Position numbers and translations under genes: made by a program
From: Anthoceros angustus
Taxonomy: Eukaryota; Plantae; Anthocerotophyta
Reading direction: 5' to 3'
NCBI GenBank assembly: GCA_010909165.1
Contig: MU008221.1
Span: forward strand, 124,001 to 188,000
DNA length: 64,000 nucleotides
Notes under the pieces: model-generated
Seen by the model: only the letters and a program-made list of their open reading frames with translations
What the model was told of the DNA's origin: nothing
The model's database searches: none
In this document: positions 62,871 through 64,000 of the stretch, piece by piece
How positions within the stretch are numbered: position 1 is the stretch's first letter
Layout of the letters: each line of letters opens with the position of its first letter

Positions 62871-64000
62871 CTTCAATCCATTACCATTGTCGAACTGTTC
62901 CTGACGTACTATACTTGGTTCGTACTTGCTTCGAGACAGACTAGCACGGCAACCAGCCACAGCTGAAATAAAAGACACGAAGAACCCAATGTGTGACAGG
63001 ACCAGACACGGAGAGACCAACACGAAGCCAAGCAAGAACAACACTCACAAAATCTCTAGGCCACAAAAGTTTAACAGTAGGCTCACAATCGAAAGATGTG
63101 AAACCAGGGCAGGTCAGTAAGAATGGATATGCCTCAAGGTTTTGTCATCAGAAGTGGTAAAACCACCTTTGACATCTAATTGCATCATCATCCCTGCCAG
63201 AATGTCAGCGGAGACCAGCCAGACAAGGGCACTAAAATAAGAAAATCAGATAACGATCTTAGGTCACTGCCTGCACAAGGGAAAAAAGACCTGAACCAAT
63301 TCAACCGATTACACTAACCAGGACCAACGACGGGCACCCTACCCTAGCTATTACACTGAAGATCAAACGAAACACCGTCCCAACAGAGTTTCACAGAGAA
63401 TCAGAAAGGTTAAGTGTCTTCACTTAGGCTGTCAGAAACACGGACCAATTCCAATCATCTTCACTGATGAAGACTCGCAAGCCCTACACAAGACCCGAAC
63501 CCTAAAAACTAAAACACACGTAACACTGGTCAGCCGCGCAGCTCAGGATAAGTCTTGTGTTCACGGATGAAGCATCATCTCAACAGTCTAACATGTATCA
63601 AAAACTCATCATCGCTGAAAGGCATGAAGCAAGAGAATGAGACTGAAACATGTCACACAGAGTCTGCACCACTTCACAGCCCAGACACCACGGCTTCAGG
63701 CAGGGAAACTCAGTCAGCGCCTGCAACTAGTTGATACTGTAAACCAGACAGTTGATGCTGTCAACCAGACCTAGCAACATGTGGTCATCAGCATCGAGAA
63801 ATGTTTCCTTGTAATCAAAGGCGCGCTCATCTTGTTGCAGTTTTCTCATTCATCACATGACCCACAACATGAATGACAAGGACGCTCGAACCTACAGCAT
63901 GAATAACGAGACAGCTAAGACACGGAGCCACCAGCAGAGGCCACGGGAAAGCCGCCTCTCCCGCAGAGCGAAATGACCGACTAATACTCTCCGAAGCCCT

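Noticed and set aside
63100-64000. Minus-strand multi-exon gene with ~50 bp introns
   Set aside because: Some GT..AG pairs are plausible, but I could not assemble a consistent reading frame or product

Overview
Land-plant nuclear DNA. Short GT-AG introns, moss/lycophyte-style transposon proteins and a tRNA-Asp PBS suggest a seedless plant, but that is inference. The consensus is indel-rich and apparently unpolished, so most frameshifts may be read errors. (1) A ~12 kb unit occurs three times (from ~2874, 15161 and 34109). Each copy has an intron-containing neprosin (glutamic peptidase) gene directly followed by a PR-1/CAP gene ending in a CAPE-type peptide. Next comes an ~8.2 kb block with an AT-hook ORF, a Sola2-like transposase C-terminal half and orphan ORFs; this block is cleanly inverted in the middle copy and truncated in the third. 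(2) There are two related Ty3/gypsy (Athila-like, tRNA-Asp primed) LTR retrotransposons. One is an internally deleted element at 20943-29925 (TSD ACAAC, empty site visible at 13334-13338). The other is a full-length element at 40993-55545 whose 3.6 kb LTRs each appear to carry a ~2.5 kb protein-coding ORF. (3) The rest holds a probable solo LTR, a Sola1-like remnant, an LRR fragment, orphan ORFs and many 0.4-1.3 kb tandem duplications bounded by microhomology (possibly assembly artefacts). The best novelty candidates are the LTR-encoded ORF and the amplified neprosin + PR-1/CAPE + Sola2 unit. No rRNA, tRNA or CRISPR array was found.
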